Source of the DNA: Raillietiella orientalis
Lineage: Eukaryota
Direction of reading: 5' to 3'
Length of the DNA: 64,000 nt
Assembly: GCA_036172245.1 (NCBI GenBank)
Contig: JAYWIR010000030.1
Coordinates: 2,666,001-2,730,000 of the forward strand
Every line of letters starts with the position of its first letter. Within the stretch, counting starts at the first letter, position 1. The notes beneath the pieces were generated by a model, which was not told where the DNA came from, ran no database searches, and was given only the letters and a program-made list of their open reading frames with translations. The position numbers and the translations under genes are program-made. Shown here in pieces: positions 25,950 through 39,346 of this stretch.

Positions 25950-28032
25950 ACCGCACGCCCTTCACAGCAGCGTCGACGGGAGCTCCTGGAGCGCACGGGC
26001 TTCCCACCCTCCCTTCTAACCTACCTGCGCTCTTGCTGGCGCAGTGCCATCATAAACGTTTCTTTCAGCAGTCAAAATGTGTATGGCGTGCCGGTGCGGC
26101 GGGGCATAAGTCAGGGCGATAGTCTGAGTCCCCTGCTCTTTAGCACCTACTTTGAGTTGGTACTGAGAGCGTATAGGGTGACTTTGGCCCCCTTGCCGAG
26201 CTCGTGCCCCGGCACGCCCGCCGTAGCAGCGTATGCCGACGATCTTCTGCTCTTGTTGCCCATGTCCACCCCGGCGAAGGCGGTCGGAGACTTCTTCGAT
26301 CTGCTCAGCCGCGGGACCGGACTTCGGGTGAACAAGGCAAAGTCGTCGGTGGTGCCAGTTGGTGCGGCGTGGGCTGGGCAGCAGGACTGGGTCCGTTTGG
26401 GGATCCCCACGGCCAGGTGCTTGAAGTACCTTGGCGTTCCGTTGGGGGACTATTCCCCTTCGGATGCGTGGTCCGGCTGCCTCCAAAAAGTGGAAACGGA
26501 GATCGGCCCGTTCCTGGAAGACAAGTTTCTCCTTCCGGAACGGGCCGCGGTATGGAACGCGTTCGCGGCTCCCATCCTCCGCCCCCTGCTTTTTGTTTGC
26601 CCCGTCCTTCGGGAGTTGAAGAAACGGACGAAGGACCTCCTGAGAATTGCCCTTTGGGGAAGAGGGAGGCCCCGAGTCCCGTTGAAGGACTTGTGTGCTC
26701 CACGTCGGGATGGCGGTCTCGGCCTCTTGACGTTGGAGCGAGTAGAGATTCAGCTGCGATGGCGCACCCTCGCCATAGCAGCGAAGTTATGGAGCACCCC
26801 ATGGTGCGTTCTGGCCCGACTCCTTGCCAGCCGTGTATCCGGGACGGAGGGTCTCGCGTCTTATCTTCTGTGCCGTGGCTCGAAGATCAAGAGATGCGGA
26901 CTTCTCCTGGGACGCATGGCAACTCTGGCTAAGGAAAACGGCTGGATGGTATGCAGCTCCGCCAACTCCTCCGCATGGTTGGAGGAAACAGCTCGCACGT
27001 GGGCGAAGATAAATGAGAGCAATCAAGAGATGTGGAACTGCCTGCGACGCGGCGCCTACTCCCGCTGCACTCTGCGGAAGATACTTCAGTGTCCCGCGAG
27101 AAGCACGTGGGCAGAGACAACCTCCCTAGCTACGGCGTTGCCCTTCCTGAGGAGGGCGCTCTCCAGCAGCCGCGAGTCTAGGTGGCAAGTCTCCTGCCGC
27201 ATCGCAGGCAGGGAGAAGTTGATGAGCGGCTGGTCCATGGGGAAACTGGCGGACGCCACTACCCCTAGTGTCCAGCCGAGAGGACTTTTGAGATGGGGCG
27301 AGCTGCTCGGCATCCAGACGGATGACCTGAAGTGGCCCCCGGTACTCATTGGCTCAAGGATCCTCCCCCTGAAGTGGCAGGAGTCGGCGCTTCTGTTGTT
27401 ACATTGGAGCCTGCCCTGCAACGCACGCCGTCACCACTGGACTAGGGGTCGAGTAGATCCTGCCTGCATCAGGTGTGGGGAGCGGGAAACCCTCCCCCAC
27501 CTTCTTGTTGATTGTGCTGCCCTCCGACCCCTGTGGGAACGTCTTCGTGCCTCCCTACGGATCCAGGAGGGCAGCCAGCCCAGAGACGTTTTTCGGCTTC
27601 TGTTCGTGCAGGATGCCCTGCGACCAGCCGCTGCCCTGGCTGCACTTTGCTGCGTACGCGGGATTGTGACGTGCTGGAGCGACGTCAGAAGACCGAGCCA
27701 CGACAGGGATGCCGTCGTACTTGCAGTCTGCTACCTGCGGATTGCGACCAGATGGCCCCACCTGGGAATCATACGGACAGACCTCGAGGGCATCCTGCAA
27801 AGGATGGACTCTCCTCCCAGTGGTCAGTGATCCCTCCCCAACCCTCCAAAATCTTTTTGTTTTTTATGTTTTATTTTTCTTTTTGTTTTTCCCCCCATCC
27901 CCTTCCGCTGCCGAGGAGTCGCGCCGGTCTGCGTACCGGCAACCCGGCAGGTCCTGTTGAGTTGGCCGTAGTGGGGCCTCGCACCACGAATTATAGAGAA
28001 TTTATAGTAAATGCCCCGGCGTGACCGGGTGG
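25950..28032 (+). mobile_element. L1/Tx1-clade retrotransposon, 5'-truncated, with an open RT C-half to CCHC ORF (26079-27830)
   Basis: The 583-aa ORF contains RGISQGDSLSPLLF, YADD, GLRVNKAKS, KYLGVP, GGLGL and CIRCGERETLPHLLVDC. A T-rich, structured 3' UTR follows. Confidence 0.9.
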
Positions 28033-28300
28033 CAACAATCAACTTGGCGTCCGCGTTCACGATCGTGGTCGGACGCCAGTTGTTCAACTTACGGAGGTCT
28101 CCTCCCTTAGGAAGGAGCCTCATCCTAGCTGACCGGAACGAGGTGGGAGCATCGCCTTCGTCCTGGATCAGCTGTGTCAACCTAAGCACCAGGGGGGTCA
28201 TCTCTGCAGCGAAGCTTTGAAACAACTCCGCGGGCAGGCGGTCCTCCCCTGGTGCCTTCCGCCTCTTGAGCCTTTTGATCGCGGTGATTTCACCGGTCGT
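28033..28300 (-). mobile_element. Inverted L1/Tx1 RT N-terminal fragment
   Basis: LLPKGGDLRKLNNWRPTTIVNADAKLI corresponds to RT motifs 1-2 of L1/Tx1. Confidence 0.75.
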
Positions 28301-30331
28301 AAAGGGCTCGTCGTGGCTTTCCCTCCTCCTCCCCTACGGCCGGGGCTCCCTCCGGAAGCAGGAGCCGCGAGGCGTCCAGCTCGAGAGGCGCCCTGGCGTA
28401 ATGGGAGGAAGAAAACCTCCGCACGATGTGTCGTATCGCGTCCGGGGATTATTAAAAATAAACTGTTGTTCATTATATATGTTAACTTTTATATCGATAG
28501 ATAAATAAACCTATAGAATACATATGTTTCGCAGATTATAACAAAGGAATATGTGTGCCGTTCACGTGTACTGATATAAAAAATTTATATGCAGCTTGAT
28601 ACACAAGTTCATTTTAACGTGCATATCCATTGCTATTATTAATAGTATGTATCAGGACACATAATAAGTTTTCCGAAAGTCAGTATACGTTTTATTATGT
28701 ATTTGAATATGATTTATGATGTTTGCATTATACATATATTATACATATTATTATACATTTTCACAATTTAGAAAAAATAGACGTGAAACGAATATACAAA
28801 TATACTAGATGAGAAGCATGCTTTTTTTCAAGGGATCAAAATCTCGAAAATAGAAAATGTGATTTCCTGAGGAAGTTTCATTTACAGATTTTTGCAAACG
28901 AAGGGAAAATCAAGGGCAGAATTCCCTTTTTCCTCTCTTTGGTTTATTCGCATTTGTCTTTTTTTCCGTGTTTCGAATCGTCACAATATTCTTCTTTTTG
29001 CTTTGTAAAATTTGATATTCATTCATTTGTTCCACATGTTTTTATTATACATGTATATATATGTTCATGTACATAATGAAGATATGTTTTCATTTTTCAT
29101 AATCTTGGATATATGTTCTAATGATAATATATATGTACATACATTAAGAATTATATCAATCAATCAATATGTACGCTGAAACAAAGTTGCATATATCCAT
29201 GTACATAGCAAACCAGATAATGAACACATGCATTTATGTTTTGTTATCTTCGCAATATATGTATCTATTCATGAATCCATGTATAACAATCGTATTAATC
29301 ATATTAATAACACGCATATAATTACTGTTCGTTACTGCATACAATTCAAATATTGGTATTAATAATTTCTGCCAATAATACTAATAACTATGTAAATACG
29401 TTGGAATAAATTTGTACGTCGATCTCTATATAAATGTATACATTTATGTACATAAATGAGTGAGTATACTTATTTTTTACAAGTTTCATAATATACATCA
29501 TTCCACACATTAATCCCCGTATGAATTTCATTATGTATCGATATATAGAATAAGATTATTTGGGTTCAAGATAATTGGGAATTCCGGCGATCGGGCTTTG
29601 TGACCAAGCCCGTGTTGTATGTGTGCCTGGATTCCAAGCTGATTTCAGGGGATTGTGAATATTTCTCGTGATTTCCGTTGCAAAGACTTTCAGTATGCAC
29701 ACCAAATCAAGATGAATGCATTTGTTGGATGCATAATTGTCATGATATGATTCATATGTTCTCGTGCTAAACTCACAGTTATCGGAAGGGTCTGCGTTTT
29801 CTGCTGCAGATTCAAAGTAATTCTGTGAAAGTATACACATCGATTGATGGAGGATGTGAGTAGGTAAGTCGTATTCCGTATCGAAATTGAACAGGAGGAG
29901 TGCTCTGATAGCAGGCCTTCCAGAATGGGACTGCGACAGTTTCGGCATCCACGAGAACGCTGTGAATCCCAGTGGATATCCTTCAGGCGCTTGCATGAGC
30001 AGTGTGTTCAGGAGGCACAGCCAGGATGATCAAGGGAGTCGCCAAAGGAAAATTCCGCGTTACAGTGTTTTTGGAAAATCGAACGATCCCCGCATCCGTC
30101 CCGGCTTTTCATCTTCGTAAAGGCCCACATGCCGCTTGAGGAGTTTCTTCCATTCCATTCGGAACTCAGCCTGGCAAAAAAAAGTGGGCAGAGTGCTGTG
30201 CTGTGAGGTTTGTTGGAGATGGGTTGTTCGTGTACCAGCAGTCCTCACTGAACAACGTAACGTCTGCGACGAGGATTCCGTCTCCGAGAGATGTGGCTCT
30301 TCCTGCTTTCCCACCATTCAGTGGTCCAGGC

Positions 30332-30589
30332 CAGCGTTTCCCAAACTTTTGCTGTGACGACGGAACACTTCACGAATCCTTAGATCTCAACGGAACACCT
30401 TGATTATTTTACAGCGTTGGTGGATATCGATCATCAAGAAATCAAGCAAATAAATATAAGACTTAAGAAAACGAAACAAACATTTGTTCTCGGATTTTAT
30501 TTGCGTAAAATCTTCATAGTTTTCCACGGAACCCTTATGAGTTTCCGCAGAACACCAGTGTTTCAAGGAACACCGTCTGGGAAACGCTG
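30332..30589. mobile_element. hAT-type (Charlie/Buster-like) MITE, 258 bp
   Basis: TIRs CAGCGTTTCCCAAAC / GTCTGGGAAACGCTG, 8-bp TSD GTCCAGGC / GTCTAGGC, and internal GGAACAC repeats. Confidence 0.85.
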
Positions 30590-30775
30590 GTCTAGGCAGT
30601 CCCAGAACTTCTCGGAAAGCCAGGGATTGCAAGGAAAGAAGTTTAGGATTGCCGGACACGCACCATAGCGTGCAGTCGTGGCCCAGTAAACAGTACGAGC
30701 GCCGTACAGAAATGGTCACTCCTTTTCCGACGAATTTACGAATCCAGATGTGTCTGGTACATGGGATAGCGATAG
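30573..30775 (+). repeat. ~200-bp direct repeat, copy 1 (copy 2 at about 32401-32592)
   Basis: The near-identical sequence CCGTCTGGGAAACGCTGGTCTAGGCAGTCCCAGAAC...GGTACATGGG..GCGATAG occurs at both sites. Confidence 0.9.
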
Positions 30776-30866
30776 TATTTTTTTATTGAAATTCAATTAG
30801 AATCAGTCTGCAGACAATAGAATCTAATGCTCTCCTGAGTATTAGGTACCCTGTTTTGAATGCGCG

Positions 30867-32320
30867 TCAGTCTTCGTCCGACAAGGACTCGTACTTGGCC
30901 AGCAGCAGCGGCGCCGGTTCTTCTCTGCTTTTGCTTCCGGAAAACGTGGAATGAACAGCATTGGTGGTGCTGGGGATCGTGCTGCCTAAGGTGCGTACGG
31001 AAAGCGCCGAGTACGGGTACGCGTAGTTCTGCGCCAGGTGGTACGCAGAGTTGTACGAATTCGCAAGAATGGATTCGGTTGGTGGACTAGAGGGACGGGA
31101 AACTTGAGGGGCGGAATTGTCAGCTTGCAGGAAAAACACGTCGTCTTCGCGGACCGACGATGGACTAGCAGCACCGTTCACATAGCAACCCTCCATACTG
31201 TTCAGCTCGTGCGTTCTTGCGGTCCTCTGATCGTACCGCGAGTTCACCATGCTGTCGTCGATCTCTGTTTTCGAGGGCGGCTTGTCCTCTGGCAGGTAGG
31301 GTCTATACAAATCGAGTGGGCTTGCACGAGGGACCGAAATGATCGAACTCTTGGGCAACGGGAGGCAGAAGGGATTCGTGCGGCTCCAGATCGATCCTGC
31401 CCTCGCCCCGCCTCCTGTCTGTTCAGAAGTGTGCGCATGACCTCCGCAATTTTGCGAGACACATAGTCGAACAGGCGGGGTTTCTGCCGGTTCGAGCGCC
31501 ATGCGTCCGGGATGGAGGAGGGGACATCCTCCACGGAATAAGATATTTGGTGATGCCCCCGGGGGTGCTGCATCAGGTTGAAAAGCCGCTCGTCTGCAGA
31601 TGCGCGCTCCTTGCCCACTCGGAATGCAACGCGCGCCTTAGTTTCCAGTTGACCGGCCGCGGATCGCTGTCCACACCAGAATTCTGGGATGGCTCCAGTA
31701 CCAAATCCTTAACAACTATGTTATCGATGTTGTCTGCAGCCAGACAAACATCCCTGTCCGATCCACACCGTTCCCTCTCTATGATTTTGTCGGATTGCAC
31801 TTCCTGGGATCTGAGACACGTGATGGCATTTTTGACGCACTGTTCATCTTGCGAAGTATCGTTGCTACCTTTCACTCCGTCGGATATGCCACTCTGGTTG
31901 ATGGAATAGTGGATGATGGCATCGATTTAAGTTCCGGAGCTGAGCGTCCGATCTGCATCGCTCCTCGCTGTTTTTTCGGCGTCCTTTGGAAAGAGCATCT
32001 GAGACATCTTCTTTTCCAAAACGATGGTTCTGTGGTTCTGCACGGAGCGCCCGTTCCGCCGAATGTACCCCTGATTCAGCTCATGCTCGAACTGCTCTTT
32101 GGAGAACGGCTGTCCGTGGTACGTGGAGTTGTCCAAGAGCAGAATCCTTTTGTCGACCGAACTCTAACTCGTCGAACTAACGAGTCCACGAGCCCTTCCG
32201 GTTTCCCATCGGGCTGCATCGGGCTCCACGGCGAAGGCAACGAGGTTTTAGGCACCGCCAAACTCGGCTGTGCAGCTACCACGTTGACGAACGTGGCAAA
32301 AGCATCGTGGTCTGACGGAT
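30867..32320 (-). pseudogene. NCoR/SMRT (SMRTER/GEI-8-like) corepressor C-terminal pseudogene fragment
   Basis: Motifs AFATFVNVVAAQPSLAVP, CoRNR-like IDAIIHYSI and LAADNIDNIVVKDL, WKLRRAL, DYVSRKIAEVMRT and terminal EEPAPLLLAKYESLSDED (LSD motif) occur in order. There is an in-frame TAA at 31927 and several frameshifts. Confidence 0.85.
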
Positions 32321-34814
32321 AGGAGAGAGAGTCAAGGTAATTCGTTAGATTCTTTCAAAGAATACACTAAAATGAATTACCAGCGACCTCTCTCTCCTAT
32401 CCGTCTGGGAAACGCTGGTCTAGGCAGTCCCAGAACTTCTTGGAAAGCCTGGAATTGCAAGGAAAGAGGTTTAGGATTGCCGGACACGCACCATAGCATG
32501 CAGTCGTGGCCAAGTAAACAGTACGAGCGCCGTACAGAAATGGCCGCTCCTTTACGAATCCAGATGTGTCTGGTACATGGGCTAAGCGATAGCAGTTCTG
32601 GTGCAATGCCACAGCGATAGCAGAGTTACTCAAACAGAGAGTATTCGAATCAAACCAAGCGCCTTGGTATGCTTGAGTTAGCGCGATGGCGGCCCGGCTG
32701 AAACAATGAGCAATCCTGGCGCGCCTGCATTGCCGAGCAGGGATTCGCCTTACAGAGAAGCGGCAAGAGACTGACGTAGACTGAGGAAGCCAGAAACGAC
32801 TGCCGTAGGAGCGTGAAGTGTGGATTCTGTTTTTGCTGTTCGTGGCAATAATCCTTGCGGCGGCGAAGGAACGGTAAAGACGACAGCAGGAAAGATGCAC
32901 AACAGCTGAGTGGCCCAACCTTTTCACCTTAGCAGTATTCATATTTTTGGACCACATCTACCTCATTGAGGCACGCTTATCTTCGAAGTGAACTCCAAGA
33001 ACCTTTCGGAGTGCAGTCCGCATCAAGGTCGAAGCACTGAATTGCAGTTTCCTTTTCAACTCAAAAAATGCGTTTTCCTATTGCGGATCGCAGTGGTCTT
33101 CGTGCTGCACTTTCACGTCGCAACGTCAGGAAGCTGTGGTAATTCTTCGCCGCTTCCAAGAGATTCAGTCAGTCCTCAGACGGAGGATGCCATGCGTTAG
33201 GTGAAAGACCTTTTGGCAGTGGCAACACGCCGAATTCGATGCGGACGTGGTCGCACAGCGTGGACCTAATCATACCTCTCTATTCACCCACGAATTGAGG
33301 TGTTCCTCGCGATAGACGTGGTGAATGCTTTCTTCCACTTCGGTTTCCCAGACAAACAAGTGGCACGTGTGAAATGCTGTGTTGATAAGGCTGTGCTCAC
33401 TGCTAGACGCACTGGATGGCAGACGGATATTGAATGCGCCTTAGCTCAGGCGAACTGAGCGCAATTCTGCTTCCTCCACACTTCCGTTCTTCAGGGATTA
33501 GGACAAATAAGTTCGTTTCCTGTACAAAGGAATGCTGCTTGGCTCGAAAACGTTCATCTTGATTCCTACGCTTGGCTACAATTTTACTGACTCGACCGAT
33601 CCGACTGAAGAGCATGTTCGGAGCACTGGAAGATTTGTCAAACTATGGCACCGTCCATGCTCTGTAGGAAATGCCCAACTGTTTCGAGGGATTTGAATAG
33701 GCCAAGATTCTGTGGGAACGACAACCGATTCTCTTCGAGATGAAGGCTGTCCATCGCTTCCACATAAGTTTACACTGCCTGATGCCCCTCCTCCAGTCTC
33801 CATCTTCACCTCGCACATGTAAATCCCGAGAAAGTATCTGCTTCTGTCGACAATTTCCACAGACCTTTCATGTAACCACAAGAAAGAGGGCCCAGTCTTG
33901 ACCTTAATACTCCATACAGAATTCCTGTATGGAGAGTATGCGAGATCCCCGAGAGAACTCAGATATTCATCATTCCACAACACACTGGGAAGGAAGCACT
34001 GGCCTTTCCCAGTTCTCTTTTGTGCCATATTTTACAATCTGATAATGCATGCCACATGGCAAATGTCATGCCATAATCGTATCTACCATGCTGTCTCAGC
34101 ACTCTTTGCATCGTTAGAGTTAACGGGTGAAGCAGGGCAAGCCCTGTGAGCATTTGCTTCGAAGAATTTCGATAATTGATAGTTTGGTGTCATCCGTGAC
34201 ATGTTCAAAAATACCCATCTGCACATTTTTCCATTCTAGAAACCCGATTATGCGATGTGAACCGTACATGTAGTTGCCTACCATTCCTCAAAGGAGCATG
34301 TCAGCAGAGATGGCAAGTGTAAATACAACATGAAGCAATTTACACATTCAGACTTTGAACCAGACTCGCCATGCTATTTCAACTCAATAGCTGCTAGAAC
34401 AAAAGCCATATAAGCCTGCCTATGCCCTACTCATGCCATGCTTTCAAGTACCATCAGTCACTACAGAAGAAATAATTACTGAATTAAATACTGCCAAACA
34501 TGAATGAATTCTTCAGGATGGTTGGATTTTGAATATAATTTCTGCGAGAAAGTTGGATGATACAGGTGATATTTAACTAAGATTTCAACAGTACAAAAAA
34601 CTGAAAACGCAGATACGTTGCTATTTCCAGTTCAGTCATATTTCATATAATTTACAAATTCCACACGTTGTCACTGTGCATTCAGAACATCCCATGGAAA
34701 ACACAACTTTGGAAATTTTACCAACATGCAGAAAAAACATTTCACTGGGGTAAAACTGAAGTTTTTCAAATAAAGAGAAAATTAAAGGGAATATTTACTT
34801 TTCATATGTAAGAA

Positions 34815-37800
34815 TCACTGAGGACTGCACTGTAATGGAGTATTATCTGCGAGTGGTTTAGCCTTTACAACTTGCATACTGTTCTGTGAATTTTCTGTGA
34901 AACTATTTCTAGTAAATGAGCTTGAATTCCTAACAGGATTAATAGACTGTCCACCCAGATCAAGGGACACTCGGCAAGCATTATCAATTAAGAAAAATGA
35001 ATCATTTTTATGAGGATCTGTGTCGGTTTCACTTTTTTTTTTTTCCAGATCCGAAAGGGTTTCACATACACCTTTAAAAGGAAACTTTTGGGAGGGACTT
35101 TCGACAACATCAAACACTTTTTTGGAATCTTTTCTTTGGGCAGTATGCTCCTTTGGTCCACTGTCCTTTGAAAACATGCTTTCTTGAGATGAAATTCTGA
35201 AATCTTGATTTGGAACATCTGCTGCTTTCCCATGAGCATCAGTATGATTGAAAACTTCCCAAGGAACTACAGCAACCATACCTTCATCAGATAAGTTATT
35301 TTCAATCTTGACTTTCAATCTAAGGAATTCAGTTTGCAAAGCATTTCTTCTGCATTCACTATCCCATAATTGCTTATGAAGCATCAAGTTTTGATCTTCC
35401 AGGATCACTATTTTTCTTTGAAGAATCTCAGATTGAAGCTCTGCATTTGCCATCTTTTCTCTAAAAATATACTCCCAGCTATAATTTAGTTTATCAAAAA
35501 CATACCTTTCAACTGTCCACAATTTCTGGAGCATAGATGCGGACAAATTATCGGGAAAAATGGCATTTGTGCTTTTGCTTTTGTTGTCTGAATCAGTTTC
35601 TCGATTTGTACATTTGTCGCATGCTTTTCTCTTCAAATCCTTTATTTCCAACTTTAAATTTGATAATGCCTTTTCCAATGCATAAATGTAATTTTGGCTT
35701 TCTGATCTCTGTTCTAACTGTTTAAGTGAAACTAACTGCATCTGGTAAGAAAGGAAGAAAGAATTTATAAGCCACAGAATAATTTCACCTTTAGTTCTTT
35801 ATTTTCGTCAAAAGCCTCGGCATACTTTTTAATCAGCTGCTCATAATTGGTGCGTAAAAAAATATATTCCTGTTCTAGTCTGTGACGTCGATCTTCAATT
35901 TCTGCAAAAAGTGAATTGCCTTTTTCGTTTGGGTTTACATTTTCCGTTTGTAACTCAGTGACAATTGTTTCAAGTTGTTGGGCTCTTTTTTGCTCCTCCT
36001 AAAATAAAGCACTATAGGATAAATCATATAAGCATCTTTCACTTTTAGTAACATCAGCGTTTGTTTATTTTCAGTTTTCATCTTTTCTAATTCTTGTTTG
36101 TAGGTATCATGGGATCTTAAGAGAGTTTCTAAAGTATGTTGATTTTGTTCATTTTCTGCTTTTGTAACCCGCAGTTTATCCTGAAGATCTGCAATCTCCT
36201 CTTTCAGCAAATGAATATCTGTCTTCTGTGCATCAATCTCTTCAAGTTGCAATTCTATAAAATGTATAAAAAAATTTATATTCGGGATGCATATCAAGTA
36301 AATGTTACCTTTATTTTCAATATAAAGGGCATGATCACATTTCAACTGCTCCTCCAAAGAACATATTTTATGGAGCAGTTTATTTTCATTCTCGCTGCAT
36401 TTTCCTGCATCCTCATTATGTAAAAGTAAATTTATGTTAAACTAAAAAACATAAATACGATCCTACTTTTTTGAAAGCACCTGTTTAGATCGTCAGTATG
36501 CAAAGTATTTATAGCATGCCAGGAATTCGCAGCATACTATCCACTATGTGAAGTCTGTTTAATTCCCAAGCATTCTGAATTAGAAAACACATACTAAATA
36601 GCTTTTTCTAAAAAAACAGACGGTCTTGTCAATTAACATTTTACATGGAGTCCACAAATACACACATACATGACTTAACCCTAACTACTGCACTGCTGAA
36701 AACACTAAAAGGTAGTAGCTGTTGAAGAGCAATCCAAAAGGGCTACATGCTTCATCACAAAATTTAAGCAACATACTGAAATATCATATTTGAAGTAACC
36801 TTTGAACTTCAACGTGAAGAACAGTACATCATAAGAAACTATTCTATACACAAGAAACCACATGCATTTAAGCATTTTCTATAATGAAGTCATCTAAACT
36901 TCAGAACAGTGTAAATGCACAAAAGACAATCATTTTTAATTGTTCTGGAATGCATGGTAGTGTAATGAACTGTTAACTAGAGATGCACCTAGAAGGTTTT
37001 TCTGCAATGAAAACAATGGCATACTATGCCATTCATGTCAAGAGTGAAAGAAATTATTAACTGACAGAAATGCTTGCACAAAAATTAGAAACACGAAACT
37101 ATTTGCATCTTTAGCTTTTAACAAAGAGTTACATTTAACATTCTGATGAAACTTTTGTTTTGTTTCCATATTTGCATGTGAACCAGATATGTGGAGCTGC
37201 CACAATAGGAGAACATTGCAAACTCACCAGATACTTTTAAAGAAGCAAAATCATCAATATATGCAAAATTGATTGGTGGTAATAAAATCGAATTGTGTGT
37301 TTCATGGATTTCACACTTTCACCAGCTTTACAAATACTACTAATCAAAGAAAACTGGAGAAGACTACATGGAAATTATGAAGTACTGTGTTTTTTCACAC
37401 AGAAAAATCTTCACTTCTACTTCACAGTTTCCAAGCATCTACTTCGAAACAGAAGATTTAGAATGGGGATATCTATTAAGATTCTGGTAAATATTCACAA
37501 CAGCAACGATGCATAATATGGAAACACATTGCAGCTTAGGATCAGAATGAAGTATGCATGCACGCACACACACACACAAATACCTAATCTAACATAGGAG
37601 CCCACATTTAAATACCAAATTTAATGAAGCTCTACTCAGATTGCTTTCACTTCAAAAAATGGAATCACATGACAAGATACATGCATGCATGGAATTCTGT
37701 GGCTTTTTGTGCAAACTATTAGTATCAGGAGAAATAAGATTTAAAACTTACAGGATACGTTCCAACAGCAGGGAAATTATTTGATAAGTTGGCTGAATCT

Positions 37801-38020
37801 ACAACAATTTCAGATAAGATACTATCAAACCAAATAACAGTACTGTGTAAACCATACAAACATTTGGATGGTAAACTGAAAAACGTAAATCAAATAAACA
37901 TATCTTGGAAAAGTGAACAAAGATTTCAAAAGACTTCAAATTCATGCAGCTGGAACAAGTCCCAAGCTTATAATACTTTGAAATCATGTTAACAGTGAAC
38001 AAGTAAAAAAGCATTGAAAC

Positions 38021-38051
<31 letters not shown>

Positions 38052-39346
38052 TATCCCAGTTGCTTGTAAGTTCTCTTTTTGTTTAAGCTCCTTATTCAGC
38101 TTCCAAACACTCATGCCTTGATTCCTGAACACAACTCACTTTTACATAACATGCTGGCAACAACTTTGCAAGTTTGGTGAAACATTCTGCTGTACTCCTA
38201 AAGATCCAAAGCACATAGTGAAAATCCAACAATGATGGACCTTGCAAACATTTTTCAGCTGTAAATACTGGTCATTCAATTCCCACCAAATCAAGATTAC
38301 ACGCAAACGGGATACTCTGACTTCAACATCCAGGTTGTATCATTAGTGACAAGCACAAACACCTACACAATACTGAGCACATCACATCACCTACAGTGGC
38401 TGAACTTCAATCTTGACATCAATGTTTAAAATAGACAGTCTTCTCCATTCAGTTTACCAAAGTACAATTCTGTTCACCAAAAGTACCAGTTAATAAAGCA
38501 CTAAAGTACTCATCAAGTTAATATACTTCCGCAAGTGGCATGCCTTTTTACCAGTGTGGTATGACATGAAATGCTTATCTTATTACTGTGCTCTATGCAA
38601 ACGTATCTTGAGCAATCTCAAGAACAACCTATTACACAAATCACTTAATAAATATCAAAAACTTGAAACACAAGAATTGACTGCATACCATGTCAATATC
38701 ATGTCCTTGTCAATATCATATTATGTCAATGTCATGTCCTATCATGTCCTTACAAACATTCAATTATTTGACTCTTTTCAAGGAGGAACATTCCATTTGA
38801 AAAATACATTTGATGCGACCCCTTCCGAACTTAATCCTGAGACTTCCTGTTTAGTAACTCGCTCCATTATCGTTCTGTCTTTAACAAAGCATTACACACT
38901 GTTTTCAAATCATAGCAGTTCACAGAACAAATCCACTTAGATGTCAGTGAGCACGCACACGTCGTGTTCTTACCTGTTCGTTTAAATGCAAATTATCGGT
39001 CTGTAATTTCTTTACCAACTTCTCCAATGCTTCAACTGCTGCATTTTTCTTGTCCATTAAATCTCGAAAATATTCCAGTTCATTCCGATAGTGTTGATTT
39101 TCAATTTTTAGTTTTTCAAGTTGCATACCTAAGATGTGCTTTCCTTGCTGCAGTTCCTGATTGTAAAAGATGAAATTCATTCTAAATACAGATCTGTGTG
39201 ATTGTCAAGGAAAATAGATGAAAGTAGTTTCTGAGAATCGGTTTGTTAAAAACCAAGTAGAAATACAGGATCAACGCAGAATTGTATAAAAGATCTTTTC
39301 TAACATCAATCCTTGATGAACTGCTCGGCTCCTCGACAGCATCCAT
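34815..39346 (-). CDS. SPDL1: Spindly, kinetochore dynein adaptor (exons 39346-39305, 39156-38974, 36441-36309, 36254-36043, 35998-35789, 35741-34815; 5' exons less certain)
   Basis: Coiled-coil exons are joined by phase-consistent GT-AG introns. The Spindly box GNSLFAEIEDRR lies at 35885-35920, and the protein ends in CaaX-like CSPQ*. Confidence 0.88.
38025..38051 (+). repeat. Poly(A) tract inside a Spindly intron
   Basis: Run of about 27 A. Confidence 0.9.

Noticed and set aside
27905..27960. Twister ribozyme in the Tx1 3' UTR
   Set aside because: There is only a superficial CTGCC/GCCGGT similarity. The UAA cleavage loop and pseudoknot partners are missing.
29556..30320. Further NCoR or transposase coding sequence
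   Set aside because: No diagnostic motifs are present, and the short resemblance to 32180-32220 may be chance.
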